From Bdellovibrionota bacterium (GTDB lineage Bacteria > Bdellovibrionota_C > UBA2361 > OMII01), in assembly GCA_044356215.1 (NCBI GenBank), contig JBIKWQ010000021.1, positions 1 to 44,857 of the forward strand: a DNA stretch of 44,857 bases, in the 5' to 3' direction. The notes beneath the pieces are model-generated. The model was not told the DNA's origin and ran no database searches. It saw only the letters and a list, made by a program, of their open reading frames with translations. Both the position numbers and the translations under genes were made by a program. Every line of letters starts with the position of its first letter. The stretch's first letter is position 1. Positions 1 to 8,362 of the stretch are shown here, piece after piece.

Positions 1-1
1 A

Positions 2-91
2 GCCAAAAACAAAGTTGAGCTCCGCTCGAATGTCGGCAAAGTAATGCGAGAATTAAAACACCAGTCCCAGCGTATAGTCTCTTTTTTTTGA
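2..91 (+). pseudogene. Possible 3' end of an IS630-like transposase, truncated by the window start
   Basis: Frame from nt 2 reads AKNKVELRSNVGKVMRELKHQSQRIVSFF*, resembling from memory the IS630 C-terminal 'xxxELxxxVxxxMRxLxxxPxRIxSFF' pattern; only 29 aa visible. Confidence 0.3.
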
Positions 92-104
92 TACAAAAAG
101 TAAA

Positions 105-485
105 CTATCCCACGTTACCTACTATAGAAAGTTTCGGATTGGCCCCAAACGCTTCGATCTCGCCATTGCCTCTTCGCGAGTATAGAGCGTCTAGCGTGCG
201 CTTTAGATCCTCGGGCACTGACTCCGCTTCTGCGCCGCAGAAAGGATAGAGCTGCTGGTCAGCCTGCAGAGCTTTTCCGAACGCTTGGCCCGAGAGCTGT
301 TCACGGATATTAGATTCTAGAAGAGCCAGTGAACCGCGAATTCTATCCGCGTTAACTGACGTTCTCAGCTGCGAACCGGATATCTCCCCATAATCGAATG
401 AGTCCGCTAATTCTACAGAAGCGCCATCCCCAGCTGATTCCGTGCCAGGCCGTCTCGTCCTATTAGAGGAAATTGCACTTACCAT
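105..485 (-). CDS. Hypothetical protein
   Basis: 126-aa ORF with ATG start and AAGGA upstream; no recognisable motif. Confidence 0.5.
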   Translation of the reverse strand: MVSAISSNRTRRPGTESAGDGASVELADSFDYGEISGSQLRTSVNADRIRGSLALLESNIREQLSGQAFGKALQADQQLYPFCGAEAESVPEDLKRTLDALYSRRGNGEIEAFGANPKLSIVGNVG

Positions 486-829
486 GCGCGCTATCCTTAG
501 AGTTGAGTAGCTCCGAGCCTAAAGCGATTTATCCGATCAGGAGAAGCTCTAAGAGATATTACCACACGCTTTCATTTCATAGCAGTTTTTTATGAAGCCA
601 GTGGGGCATAGTGATGGGCGCATTAGAGTCAAACATGCCCGTAAGTAGCGGTGTATTAGGCCGGTGTCAGGAGGGTAACTATTTGAAAGGAAATGAGTTT
701 CGAGGGGCCGGTGTTTTATTTTTTAGTTATATTTTTTGGCCCACATTTCCAGCCACCTAATCTAATCCTTTATATTTATCAGGTCGAAGACTCTTCTGGG
801 GGGAATGGATACCCCTATGAGGCAGTGGA

Positions 830-2728
830 ATGGTCTTTGGCAAGTCACAAGGTAGGTGTTTGGTCGGTGCTCAACGCGCCACTTTCAGCGGTACCTATGC
901 CCATCGTCGTATCGGTAAGATTTTCATTCTAGCCGTCCTCTCCTTACTGATTTGTTTTTGCGTTGAAGTAAAGAGCGCTTACGCGACGCCTGAGACATGG
1001 TTCGCTCCGATTATTACGGCGACCGGTAATACTTCAAGCTCTTTCGGCTCGGCTGTAGCCTGCAGTAGCGAAGTCAGTGGCTTGGGGCACTCTTGGTTCG
1101 CTGTTGGTGCGCCAGACGAGAGTTCGGCGCAGGGGCGTGTGCATATTATGAAGCCCAGCGGAGTTACGCAGGTCTTGCAAGCTCCAACCCCAAACAACAA
1201 CTATAAATTCGGTTCTTTTCTCTCCTTTATAGGCGATATCAACGGAGACTCCTATGAGGATCTAGTTGTTGGTGAGCCAAACAATTCAGGAGTCGCGGGA
1301 AATATCTATGTTTATATAAGCAACGGTAGCAGTGCTACTCCATTCACTTATTGTGGATCCCAGACCGGGGCCGCTTCATTTGGTAGCTCCATACTCGCAA
1401 CCTCGAATCATTTATTAGGCACGGCGGAGATAGTAGTTAGCACTCCCGCGAGCTTCCTTGTTGAGTCATTTGATGTAACGCATAATTTAGGTAGCTGCAA
1501 CATCAACGCGACGGCTACTTATCAATCAACCGGAGCCGCGGCGTCTCGTTACGGACAGAGTATCTCTGAGATCGATGCTGATGTGTCGCCTGCAGTTAAC
1601 ATACAGCTTTTGATAGGTGCCCCGGTTAGTGGCGGAACCTTGTGGCGCGCTCCTGCTTCAGCGGCTCCTGTGGCTGAAATTCTTGGTGTGCCACAGCAAG
1701 GGTTAGCGGTTTCGGTAGCTTCAAAAGCCACTTCGAATCTCTTTGGCTACTTGGCGCCTTATACCGCCTCTCCTGGTAATACAGTTTATGTCGAATCGCA
1801 CGCCGGGGCTGTATTCTCGAATTATTGTGAACTTCCCATAATTATGGATGACCTCCCCGATACAGCATCTCAATCGCTTGCCCACTTAAATCAGATATTT
1901 GGCGCGTTTGTAGGTGTAACCACGGGAGCCACATTCTGTAGCTACAGAGATGAAGCGACAACTGGTGGGTCTGTTGCGCTTTTTGGAGCCGAGGCCTCAA
2001 ATTGTATAACACCTAAGCAGATTAATAACTGCCAGTATGACACGAACCAACTTCAAGGGATCGCTTTAGCGGGGGGTGTGAGTTGTGTTACCACAGGTGG
2101 CGCCAAATTGTTGATGGTCGGATCTCCTGGCTTCGCTGGAAACTCGGGGCGTGTGGATATCTACGCGGAAGGGACTCAATCGAGTGCGGCAACTCCGTGT
2201 CCAACGCCGACGTCCACATTCACACCAACGCCAACATTCACGGCTACACCTACCGACACGCCTTTCAGTGAACCTACCGCAACGGCCGAGCCGGCGGTTG
2301 CTGACACTCTTCTGGCGGTCGATCCGACCACTAGGAATTTGCCTGCACCGGAAGTTGTTATTAAAGGGCGAAATATCACCATGAGCATTCCACCAGCCAC
2401 AAAGGGGCCGGGATTAGTCAGTTTCCTCAGAAAATTTTTCAAACTTACCAGACGGCAAGCTATTGCCGCTGCCGCATCCACAAAGCTAAGAATCATCTGG
2501 ACCGTTAAGCGGGTTGGCGGGACTGTAGTGGCCGCCGCAGAGCAAGAGGCTCTAAGTAGCGACTCTAGAAAGCGCGAGACCCAAACAAAGCGTAGTAAAG
2601 TCGCGCTTCGTAACTTAAGTCCTGGCACATACGCGGCATCATTTAGATTCGTCTTTTATGTGCAGAGCCCGATGAAAACTACGATTATGGGAAAGATGAG
2701 CGCCAAGGCCACCTTTAATGTGCGGTAG
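830..2728 (+). CDS. Secreted FG-GAP (integrin-alpha beta-propeller) repeat protein with Pro/Thr linker
   Basis: Signal-like hydrophobic segment; repeats such as FGSAVA...AVGAP and GDINGDSYEDLVVGEP (Ca-binding DxNxDxYxD); PTPTSTFTPTPT linker; basic C-terminal domain; start uncertain. Confidence 0.8.
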   Translation: MVFGKSQGRCLVGAQRATFSGTYAHRRIGKIFILAVLSLLICFCVEVKSAYATPETWFAPIITATGNTSSSFGSAVACSSEVSGLGHSWFAVGAPDESSAQGRVHIMKPSGVTQVLQAPTPNNNYKFGSFLSFIGDINGDSYEDLVVGEPNNSGVAGNIYVYISNGSSATPFTYCGSQTGAASFGSSILATSNHLLGTAEIVVSTPASFLVESFDVTHNLGSCNINATATYQSTGAAASRYGQSISEIDADVSPAVNIQLLIGAPVSGGTLWRAPASAAPVAEILGVPQQGLAVSVASKATSNLFGYLAPYTASPGNTVYVESHAGAVFSNYCELPIIMDDLPDTASQSLAHLNQIFGAFVGVTTGATFCSYRDEATTGGSVALFGAEASNCITPKQINNCQYDTNQLQGIALAGGVSCVTTGGAKLLMVGSPGFAGNSGRVDIYAEGTQSSAATPCPTPTSTFTPTPTFTATPTDTPFSEPTATAEPAVADTLLAVDPTTRNLPAPEVVIKGRNITMSIPPATKGPGLVSFLRKFFKLTRRQAIAAAASTKLRIIWTVKRVGGTVVAAAEQEALSSDSRKRETQTKRSKVALRNLSPGTYAASFRFVFYVQSPMKTTIMGKMSAKATFNVR

Positions 2729-2757
2729 TATTTTTGCCCCAATATTTTACCAAAGTC

Positions 2758-3453
2758 CTATTTCGTATGGCCGTCGGACTGTCGGCAGTCAAGAGTGTCG
2801 TACTCAAAAATCTCCATAAAGTGACTTAGCATTCGTTCTTTTACACTTTGTACAGGCGGTGCAATTCCAGTCAGCTCTTCTATTGAGGTAACTTTGATCT
2901 CTCCTAATCCACATGGATTAATCGCAGCGAAACGCTCGGAGCAGGTGTCAATATTTAAAGATAGTCCGTGTAGCGTGCACCATCTAGATATCCGCACCCC
3001 ACTAAAAGCGATCTTTGTGTTTTCATCAATCCATACGCCGGTCTTTCCAGGGATTCTTATCCCAGTGACGCCGTAATCGCTTAAAGCTCTTAAGGCCACC
3101 TCCTCCAGTGACCTCATATACCATCCAACATCAGCGCGGTGATGATGCAGGTTGATAATAGGATATAGGACCGCCTGCTCCGGGCCGTGATAGGTGACGC
3201 TCCCTCCACGTTCAACTGACACTACCGGCGTTCCGCTAGCTATAAACTCAGCCTCGCTCTTGAAGAGATGCTCATCGAGAGTTGATGTGCCTCGCGTGTA
3301 CACAGGCTCGTGTGAGCACGCGAGAACCACATCCTCCTGCGTTCCCTCAATCACTTTGCGGTGATAGAAGCGCTGTAGATCTAGCGCCTTGGTGTACTCG
3401 ATCGTTCCGAGATCGTATACCTCCAGGGGATAGTGCCTTTCACCGCTCTCCAC
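2758..3453 (-). CDS. lipB: Lipoyl(octanoyl) transferase
   Basis: HEPVYTRG, RGGSVTYHGPEQAVLYP, KIAFSG, HGLSLN and INPCG motifs; downstream of lpdA. Confidence 0.95.
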   Translation of the reverse strand: MESGERHYPLEVYDLGTIEYTKALDLQRFYHRKVIEGTQEDVVLACSHEPVYTRGTSTLDEHLFKSEAEFIASGTPVVSVERGGSVTYHGPEQAVLYPIINLHHHRADVGWYMRSLEEVALRALSDYGVTGIRIPGKTGVWIDENTKIAFSGVRISRWCTLHGLSLNIDTCSERFAAINPCGLGEIKVTSIEELTGIAPPVQSVKERMLSHFMEIFEYDTLDCRQSDGHTK

Positions 3454-3482
3454 AGATGACGGGTCCTCCGTGTATAATTAGC

Positions 3483-4880
3483 TTAGAAGTTAATCGGTCT
3501 TCCAAGCGCCAAGGCCATCGCCTCCATCACCGACTCAGAGAGAGTTGGATGTGGATGGATGGTATCAACTACACTAGCCGCGATCCCTTCATGCGAGCGG
3601 ATTACAGCGGCCTCGGAAATTAGCTCAGTCGCCTCGGCGTGAATGATATGTACGCCAAGAACCTCGCCAACTTGGTCATCGATGATCACCTTAATAAAGC
3701 CATCCTGCTCGCCGATGGCGATAGCTTTCCCAATAGCTTGGAAAGGGATCTTTCCAACCCTGTATTTAATGCCACGCTCCTTAGCCGCGCGCTCGGTTAA
3801 CCCAACCGAGGCGACCTGTGGCTGACAATATGTACAGCCAGGGATGTTATCGTACTTCATTGGATGCTTGGATTTTCCAGCGGCAAATTCCGCCGCGACG
3901 ATTCCTTCATGGCTAGCCTTGTGAGCTAGAGCTGGTCCGCCCGCCACGTCACCAATCGCATAGTGATGTGGAATGTTGGTGCGCATCAATTCATCGACCT
4001 TGATGAAGCCACGGTTCATCTCGATACCTACCTTCTCTAGGCCGATATTTTCGGTATTAGGCGAGATTCCGATCGCTATTAGACAAGCATCTCCGCTCCA
4101 CTGCTCCTCTGAGGTCTTGCCCTTCAAAGTCGCGGATACGGTTTTGCCAGTTCTCTTGAGGTTCTGCACACCAGTGCCTGTCTTTATTGTCATGCCGTTT
4201 TTGGTGAAGATCTTCTCTAGGGTTTGAGCTACCTCTGTATCCTCTACCGGCAAGATCTGGTCTGCCATCTCGACAACGGTTACTTGAACGCCTAGAGAGT
4301 TAAAGAAATAAGCGAACTCGATACCGATTGCTCCCGCGCCGATAACTAATAACTTAGAGGGAGTGCGCTTATTCTCTAAGATCGTTCGCGATGTGTGAAT
4401 AACCTCTCCGTCGATATCAACTCCGGGGAACTGGCGAGGTCGAGCGCCAGTGGCGATGATGATATCTTTATAGGAATAGGTGGTAGTCTTCTTTGATGAG
4501 TCGGTGACAACGAGGGTGTTGCCCTTCTCAATAACACCGTTGCCCATGATCACCTCGACCTTATTCTTGCGCATAAGGTAGCTGACTCCTCCTGAGAGCT
4601 TGCTCGCAACGTCACGCGAACGGTCGATGATTTTCGGCATGTCAAAGCTTAGCTTGCCTGTCTCAAAGCCGAATGTGCTGGCGTGCTTCATGTCGTTCCA
4701 GAGCTGAGCTGAACGTAATAACGCCTTTGATGGGATGCATCCCCAGTTAAGGCACACGCCACCTAGAGCTTCACGCTCAATGATCGTTACCTGACGACCC
4801 AACTGAGAGGCCCGTATTGCCGCTACATATCCACCAGGTCCAGAACCTAAAATGATAAGATCTTTTGATTGAGTAGCCAT
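3483..4880 (-). CDS. lpdA: Dihydrolipoyl dehydrogenase
   Basis: GSGPGG FAD motif, GGVCLNWGCIPSK redox disulfide, GAGAIG NAD motif, HPHPTLSE catalytic motif. Confidence 0.97.
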   Translation of the reverse strand: MATQSKDLIILGSGPGGYVAAIRASQLGRQVTIIEREALGGVCLNWGCIPSKALLRSAQLWNDMKHASTFGFETGKLSFDMPKIIDRSRDVASKLSGGVSYLMRKNKVEVIMGNGVIEKGNTLVVTDSSKKTTTYSYKDIIIATGARPRQFPGVDIDGEVIHTSRTILENKRTPSKLLVIGAGAIGIEFAYFFNSLGVQVTVVEMADQILPVEDTEVAQTLEKIFTKNGMTIKTGTGVQNLKRTGKTVSATLKGKTSEEQWSGDACLIAIGISPNTENIGLEKVGIEMNRGFIKVDELMRTNIPHHYAIGDVAGGPALAHKASHEGIVAAEFAAGKSKHPMKYDNIPGCTYCQPQVASVGLTERAAKERGIKYRVGKIPFQAIGKAIAIGEQDGFIKVIIDDQVGEVLGVHIIHAEATELISEAAVIRSHEGIAASVVDTIHPHPTLSESVMEAMALALGRPINF

Positions 4881-4976
4881 AGGTTATATCGCTCCAAAAA
4901 AGTAATCAGTCGCGACCCTTTGAGGAGGCTTTGTTGCATCCTCCTCGAGACTCGTCACACAGGTCGCGCTTTCCTG

Positions 4977-5229
4977 AGGAAGGACGGCAAAACCCTCCCT
5001 ACTGCGAAAGCGGATCTTGAGCTGCTCCTCGAATTTTCGAGATGGGAAAAAATCCTCAATGTATCACAGGGGATACACCTCCGGCCTTCGCTAAAGCTAC
5101 GGCCGGCGAGGCTTTTGTCGGACCAGACGTAGCCTTGGCGTAGTCTGGTGCGGTTTTTTCCCATCTCGAAAATCGAATATCAACTCAACCTCCACTTTCT
5201 CGCTACGGGTAGGTTTTGCCGGCCTTCCC
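4977..5229. mobile_element. Palindromic MITE family A, copy 1 (carries a 69-bp nested insert)
   Basis: Ends GGAAGGACGGCAAAACC / GGTTTTGCCGGCCTTCC; homologous to 24695-24878 and 42623-42807; TG and TA flanks. Confidence 0.9.
5080..5148. repeat. 69-bp double-hairpin REP-like element nested in family A copy 1
   Basis: Hairpins CCGGCCTTCGCTAAAGCTACGGCCGG and CCAGACGTAGCCTTGGCGTAGTCTGG; absent from the other two family A copies. Confidence 0.85.
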
Positions 5230-5398
5230 TAAAAACGGCAGTTAAGGAGGACCAAAATGGTGCCGCTGGTTAAAAGCACAAGAGATTTTGAAATTTTCGG
5301 CGCGCAACCCTGGCACCGTCAGAGTGAGCACCGAAAATTCAAAAGCCGCAGTGATTTTAGCCAGATGCGCCGTTTTGGGACCCGCAACTACGTTTTTA
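5230..5398. mobile_element. Palindromic MITE-like element, family B
   Basis: TAAAAACG...CGTTTTTA ends; nested stems AAAATGGTGC/GCGCCGTTTT, CTGGTTAAAA/TTTTAGCCAG, TTTTGAAATTTTCGG/CCGAAAATTCAAAA; shares its TA with family A copy 1. Confidence 0.75.
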
Positions 5399-5415
5399 GG
5401 ATCATAGTTTCACCT

Positions 5416-5501
5416 TAACTACTCACCGGATTTTTTGGATCATACGCGTCTTCTTCCTTGCCAACCCCCTGATCAGGGGTGCTTTTTAGAGCGAGTAGTT
5501 A
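5416..5501. repeat. Short inverted-repeat element
   Basis: TAACTACTC (5416-5424) / GAGTAGTTA (5493-5501) enclosing the perfect palindrome CCCCTGATCAGGGG. Confidence 0.45.
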
Positions 5502-5563
5502 TTTCCGCTTTTTCCTTCAGAAAAAAGCTCGTTATGCCGAAATCAAGGTAGGTGGTAATTGTT

Positions 5564-5726
5564 TAGGGCGTCGCAGTGTTTTTGGTAAGCTGCTGAGACA
5601 ATTAGTAAAATATTTTTTACCACAGAGGACGCAGAGGACACAGAGAAAACCCCATAATTGCCCATAAAATGGCCGTTCTCTGTGTCCTCTGCGTCCTCTG
5701 TGGTGATAAAGAACTGCGACGCCCTA
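5564..5726. mobile_element. MITE family C with 14-bp TIR and 9-bp target-site duplication
   Basis: TAGGGCGTCGCAGT...ACTGCGACGCCCTA; GTAATTGTT on both sides (5555-5563, 5727-5735); internal perfect IR ACCACAGAGGACGCAGAGGACACAGAGAA. Confidence 0.85.
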
Positions 5727-5836
5727 GTAATTGTTTTGGTTAGGATTTAGTTTAGTGGGGAGATTGGGTTCAAGCGATAAATAAACTTCGTTTGATTGTC
5801 GTATCAATTTATCCAAGGTTTTCTCTAGGTGGATCG

Positions 5837-8341
5837 ATGAAGGTAAAAAGGAGCCTAAATTCGTATTTAATCGGCACAAACATTATCCTTGGATTGTTCT
5901 CTTATTGCCTGATCATTTACATAATCGCTCTTCCAACGACCGCGTCTTACTCTTCTCTTCTAATCTCACCACAGCTAGCTTTGGGTCTAATTATGACCCT
6001 CTGCTCGATCTCCTCAGTGACGATGTCGATCTATATTTTGAAGAGAGAGGTTTTAAATCCGATCAGAAATTTAGCTTCCGTGATGAAGACGATCTCGGCG
6101 ACAAGCAATCTGAGTTTGCGTGTCCCAGGCAAGCACTCTGGTGATGTCGCTGATCTCGTGAACGCTATCAACGAGCTACTCGATACTACAGAGGCCGCCT
6201 ATCTCGATATGCTCAAAGCTCGCTTCGAGGTTGAGAGCGCCAACAAGGGCAAATCACTTTTTGTGGCCAAGGTATCACACGAGCTACGCACACCAATTCA
6301 CGGGATCACCGGCATGCTCAGGATCCTGCTAAAGCAAGAGACGGCTCCCGGGAAAAGGCAGTATATCCAGATGGCCCAAGATTCAGCGACATCCCTCCTT
6401 GAGACGATCAACGAGATCCTTGATTTCTCGAAGATGCAGAACGGAGAGCTCTCGCTTGAGAACGAGAGTTTTAGCTTGCGGCAAACAATCCGTTCCACCA
6501 TTGAACATTTAGTCCCACGCTTTGAGGAGAAGCCCGGGCTCACTCTGTGTTGGGATATTCAACCGGATGTTCCGGATCAAGTGATCGGAGACGCCGCGCG
6601 CGTGAGAAATATCTTGGTAAATCTCCTCGGTAACTCGTTTAAATTCAGCGAGAAAGGACACGTGAGGCTCGATGTTAGCACCTGCGCTTTAGCGGATGGA
6701 TCAGGTAGGGGGGTCAAATTTAGTGTTTCAGATACAGGTATAGGTATATCGGCTGGAAAACTAAGCTCAATATTTGATCCATTCACAACGGCAAATGAGG
6801 GGACAGCCCGACTCTACGCTGGGACTGGATTAGGTCTAGCAATCGTCAAACAAATAGCGGAGCGAATGGGCGGCTCGGTTTCCGTGGAATCCAATTTAGG
6901 TGTCGGATCTAACTTCTCCGTCGCAATCCCCTTAAAGATCGACGCCAGTGCGACTCAAACCGCGCCGTTTATCCCGAAACCTAGATCGGTAGCTGTAATC
7001 GCCACGCCTGGAGCCGACCAGGAAACTGTCGCCTCAGGCTTAGAGCGCTTTGGTTGTCATGTGGAAAGCTTATCAATCGAGGACCATTCTAGCTTCGACA
7101 AGCTCGCCCAATCCGGTTCACGATTTGATTTAGTGTACATCATTAAATGCTCAGACATTCTCTTTGACGAATTGACCCCCCTGATGAGAGTTGCGGCCCG
7201 AGATGATCGCTCGGTTATACTTTCCGTGCCGTCATCAGAAATAGCGTCAACCGATCGCTTAGCTCGTGGCGATAGATTCTTTGTGACCCTTAAACCTACC
7301 AGCGCTCTTGATCTTCTTTTAATAGCCGATGGGCAATTAGCCCCAAGCAACTCCACCCCTGAAACAGACGAAGCTACCGAGAAAGCCACTCGCAGGCTTA
7401 ATATACTCATAGCTGATGACGCCAAGACTAATCGAATCATTTTAAAGACACTTCTGGAGGAAGCTGGCCACTCAGTTGATGTTGTTGAGAACGGCCAGCA
7501 ATTACTTGAGCGGATCTCCTTTAAACCTGAACTAATAGCGGAGCAACGACGGTCGTACGATCTTGTGTTAACCGATATTCAAATGCCTGTAATGGACGGG
7601 CTAACAGCCGCTCAAAATTTTAGAGAGATAGAACGCAAATCCAACTCGTCCCACAAGCTACCTATAGTAGCCGTTACCTCCTACGCTTTTCCTGAGGAAT
7701 GCTCAAAGATGTTAGCCTCTGGCATCGATCACATACTGACTAAGCCGATAAATCCCAAACGCTTGACGCGCCTCCTGTCTCAGATCTCATACGACACAGA
7801 GCGCGAAAGCTCTAACGAGTTTAACTACCAAAGTGACAGCGATATAATATCAGAGCTCTGTGAGCTAACTGAGAATCTAGCCCTAAGAGTGAGCGAGCTT
7901 AATACCGAACTCGCCGAAATGATGCCCGCGGAAGCGATCTCGTCAATAGTTGATATTCAGGGGGTCTTTGAAAGGTCTGGTGATTCTCTGAAACGCACAG
8001 GACTAATCCTTTCGGGATTTATGGAATCGTTTAGAGAGCCGCTCAGTTATCTAGAGGAGGCGACCCTACCCGTTAGTGACCAGCAAACTTTTAGGAGGCA
8101 CGCCCATTCTCTTAAAGGATTACTACTTGATATTGGGGCACAAAACGCCGCGAATCTAGCGGCGGAGCTAGAATCAAAAGCTTTAAAGTCGCCTGATACT
8201 ATCACGACTGAAGAGATAACTAAGTTAGGATGCGCGACGCGCGAAGCCGCGACAGTAATAAACGAAATACTAGGCGCCCTACCATCTCTTGAGGTATTCT
8301 CGGCCTTGCCAGCGCTTGATGAGGCGCTGGCGATACATTAA
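5837..8341 (+). CDS. Membrane-bound hybrid sensor histidine kinase (HAMP-HisKA-HATPase-degenerate REC-REC-Hpt)
   Basis: Two TM segments; H-box SHELRTP; N-box NLLGNSFKF; DTGIG and GTGLGL; receiver ADD...LTDIQMPVMDG...KP; Hpt HAHSLKG; ATG 5837 preferred over TTG 5792. Confidence 0.93.
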   Translation: MKVKRSLNSYLIGTNIILGLFSYCLIIYIIALPTTASYSSLLISPQLALGLIMTLCSISSVTMSIYILKREVLNPIRNLASVMKTISATSNLSLRVPGKHSGDVADLVNAINELLDTTEAAYLDMLKARFEVESANKGKSLFVAKVSHELRTPIHGITGMLRILLKQETAPGKRQYIQMAQDSATSLLETINEILDFSKMQNGELSLENESFSLRQTIRSTIEHLVPRFEEKPGLTLCWDIQPDVPDQVIGDAARVRNILVNLLGNSFKFSEKGHVRLDVSTCALADGSGRGVKFSVSDTGIGISAGKLSSIFDPFTTANEGTARLYAGTGLGLAIVKQIAERMGGSVSVESNLGVGSNFSVAIPLKIDASATQTAPFIPKPRSVAVIATPGADQETVASGLERFGCHVESLSIEDHSSFDKLAQSGSRFDLVYIIKCSDILFDELTPLMRVAARDDRSVILSVPSSEIASTDRLARGDRFFVTLKPTSALDLLLIADGQLAPSNSTPETDEATEKATRRLNILIADDAKTNRIILKTLLEEAGHSVDVVENGQQLLERISFKPELIAEQRRSYDLVLTDIQMPVMDGLTAAQNFREIERKSNSSHKLPIVAVTSYAFPEECSKMLASGIDHILTKPINPKRLTRLLSQISYDTERESSNEFNYQSDSDIISELCELTENLALRVSELNTELAEMMPAEAISSIVDIQGVFERSGDSLKRTGLILSGFMESFREPLSYLEEATLPVSDQQTFRRHAHSLKGLLLDIGAQNAANLAAELESKALKSPDTITTEEITKLGCATREAATVINEILGALPSLEVFSALPALDEALAIH

Positions 8342-8362
8342 GGAAGGCCGGCGGCTTTCTAG

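Noticed and set aside
693..932. 79-aa ORF overlapping the FG-GAP gene start
   Set aside because: No motif; overlaps a better-supported CDS and its AT-rich promoter region
2176..2628. Antisense shadow ORFs here and inside lpdA, sbcCD, the kinase and the VirD4-like gene
   Set aside because: They lie opposite well-supported genes and have no motifs
4869..5164. ORFs 4869-5132 and 4955-5164 (also 42595-42810, 42669-43019, 24729-24956)
   Set aside because: They are translations of the family A element, not independent genes
5479..5667. 62-aa ORF with PQRTQRTQR
   Set aside because: Translation of the family C nonamer repeat
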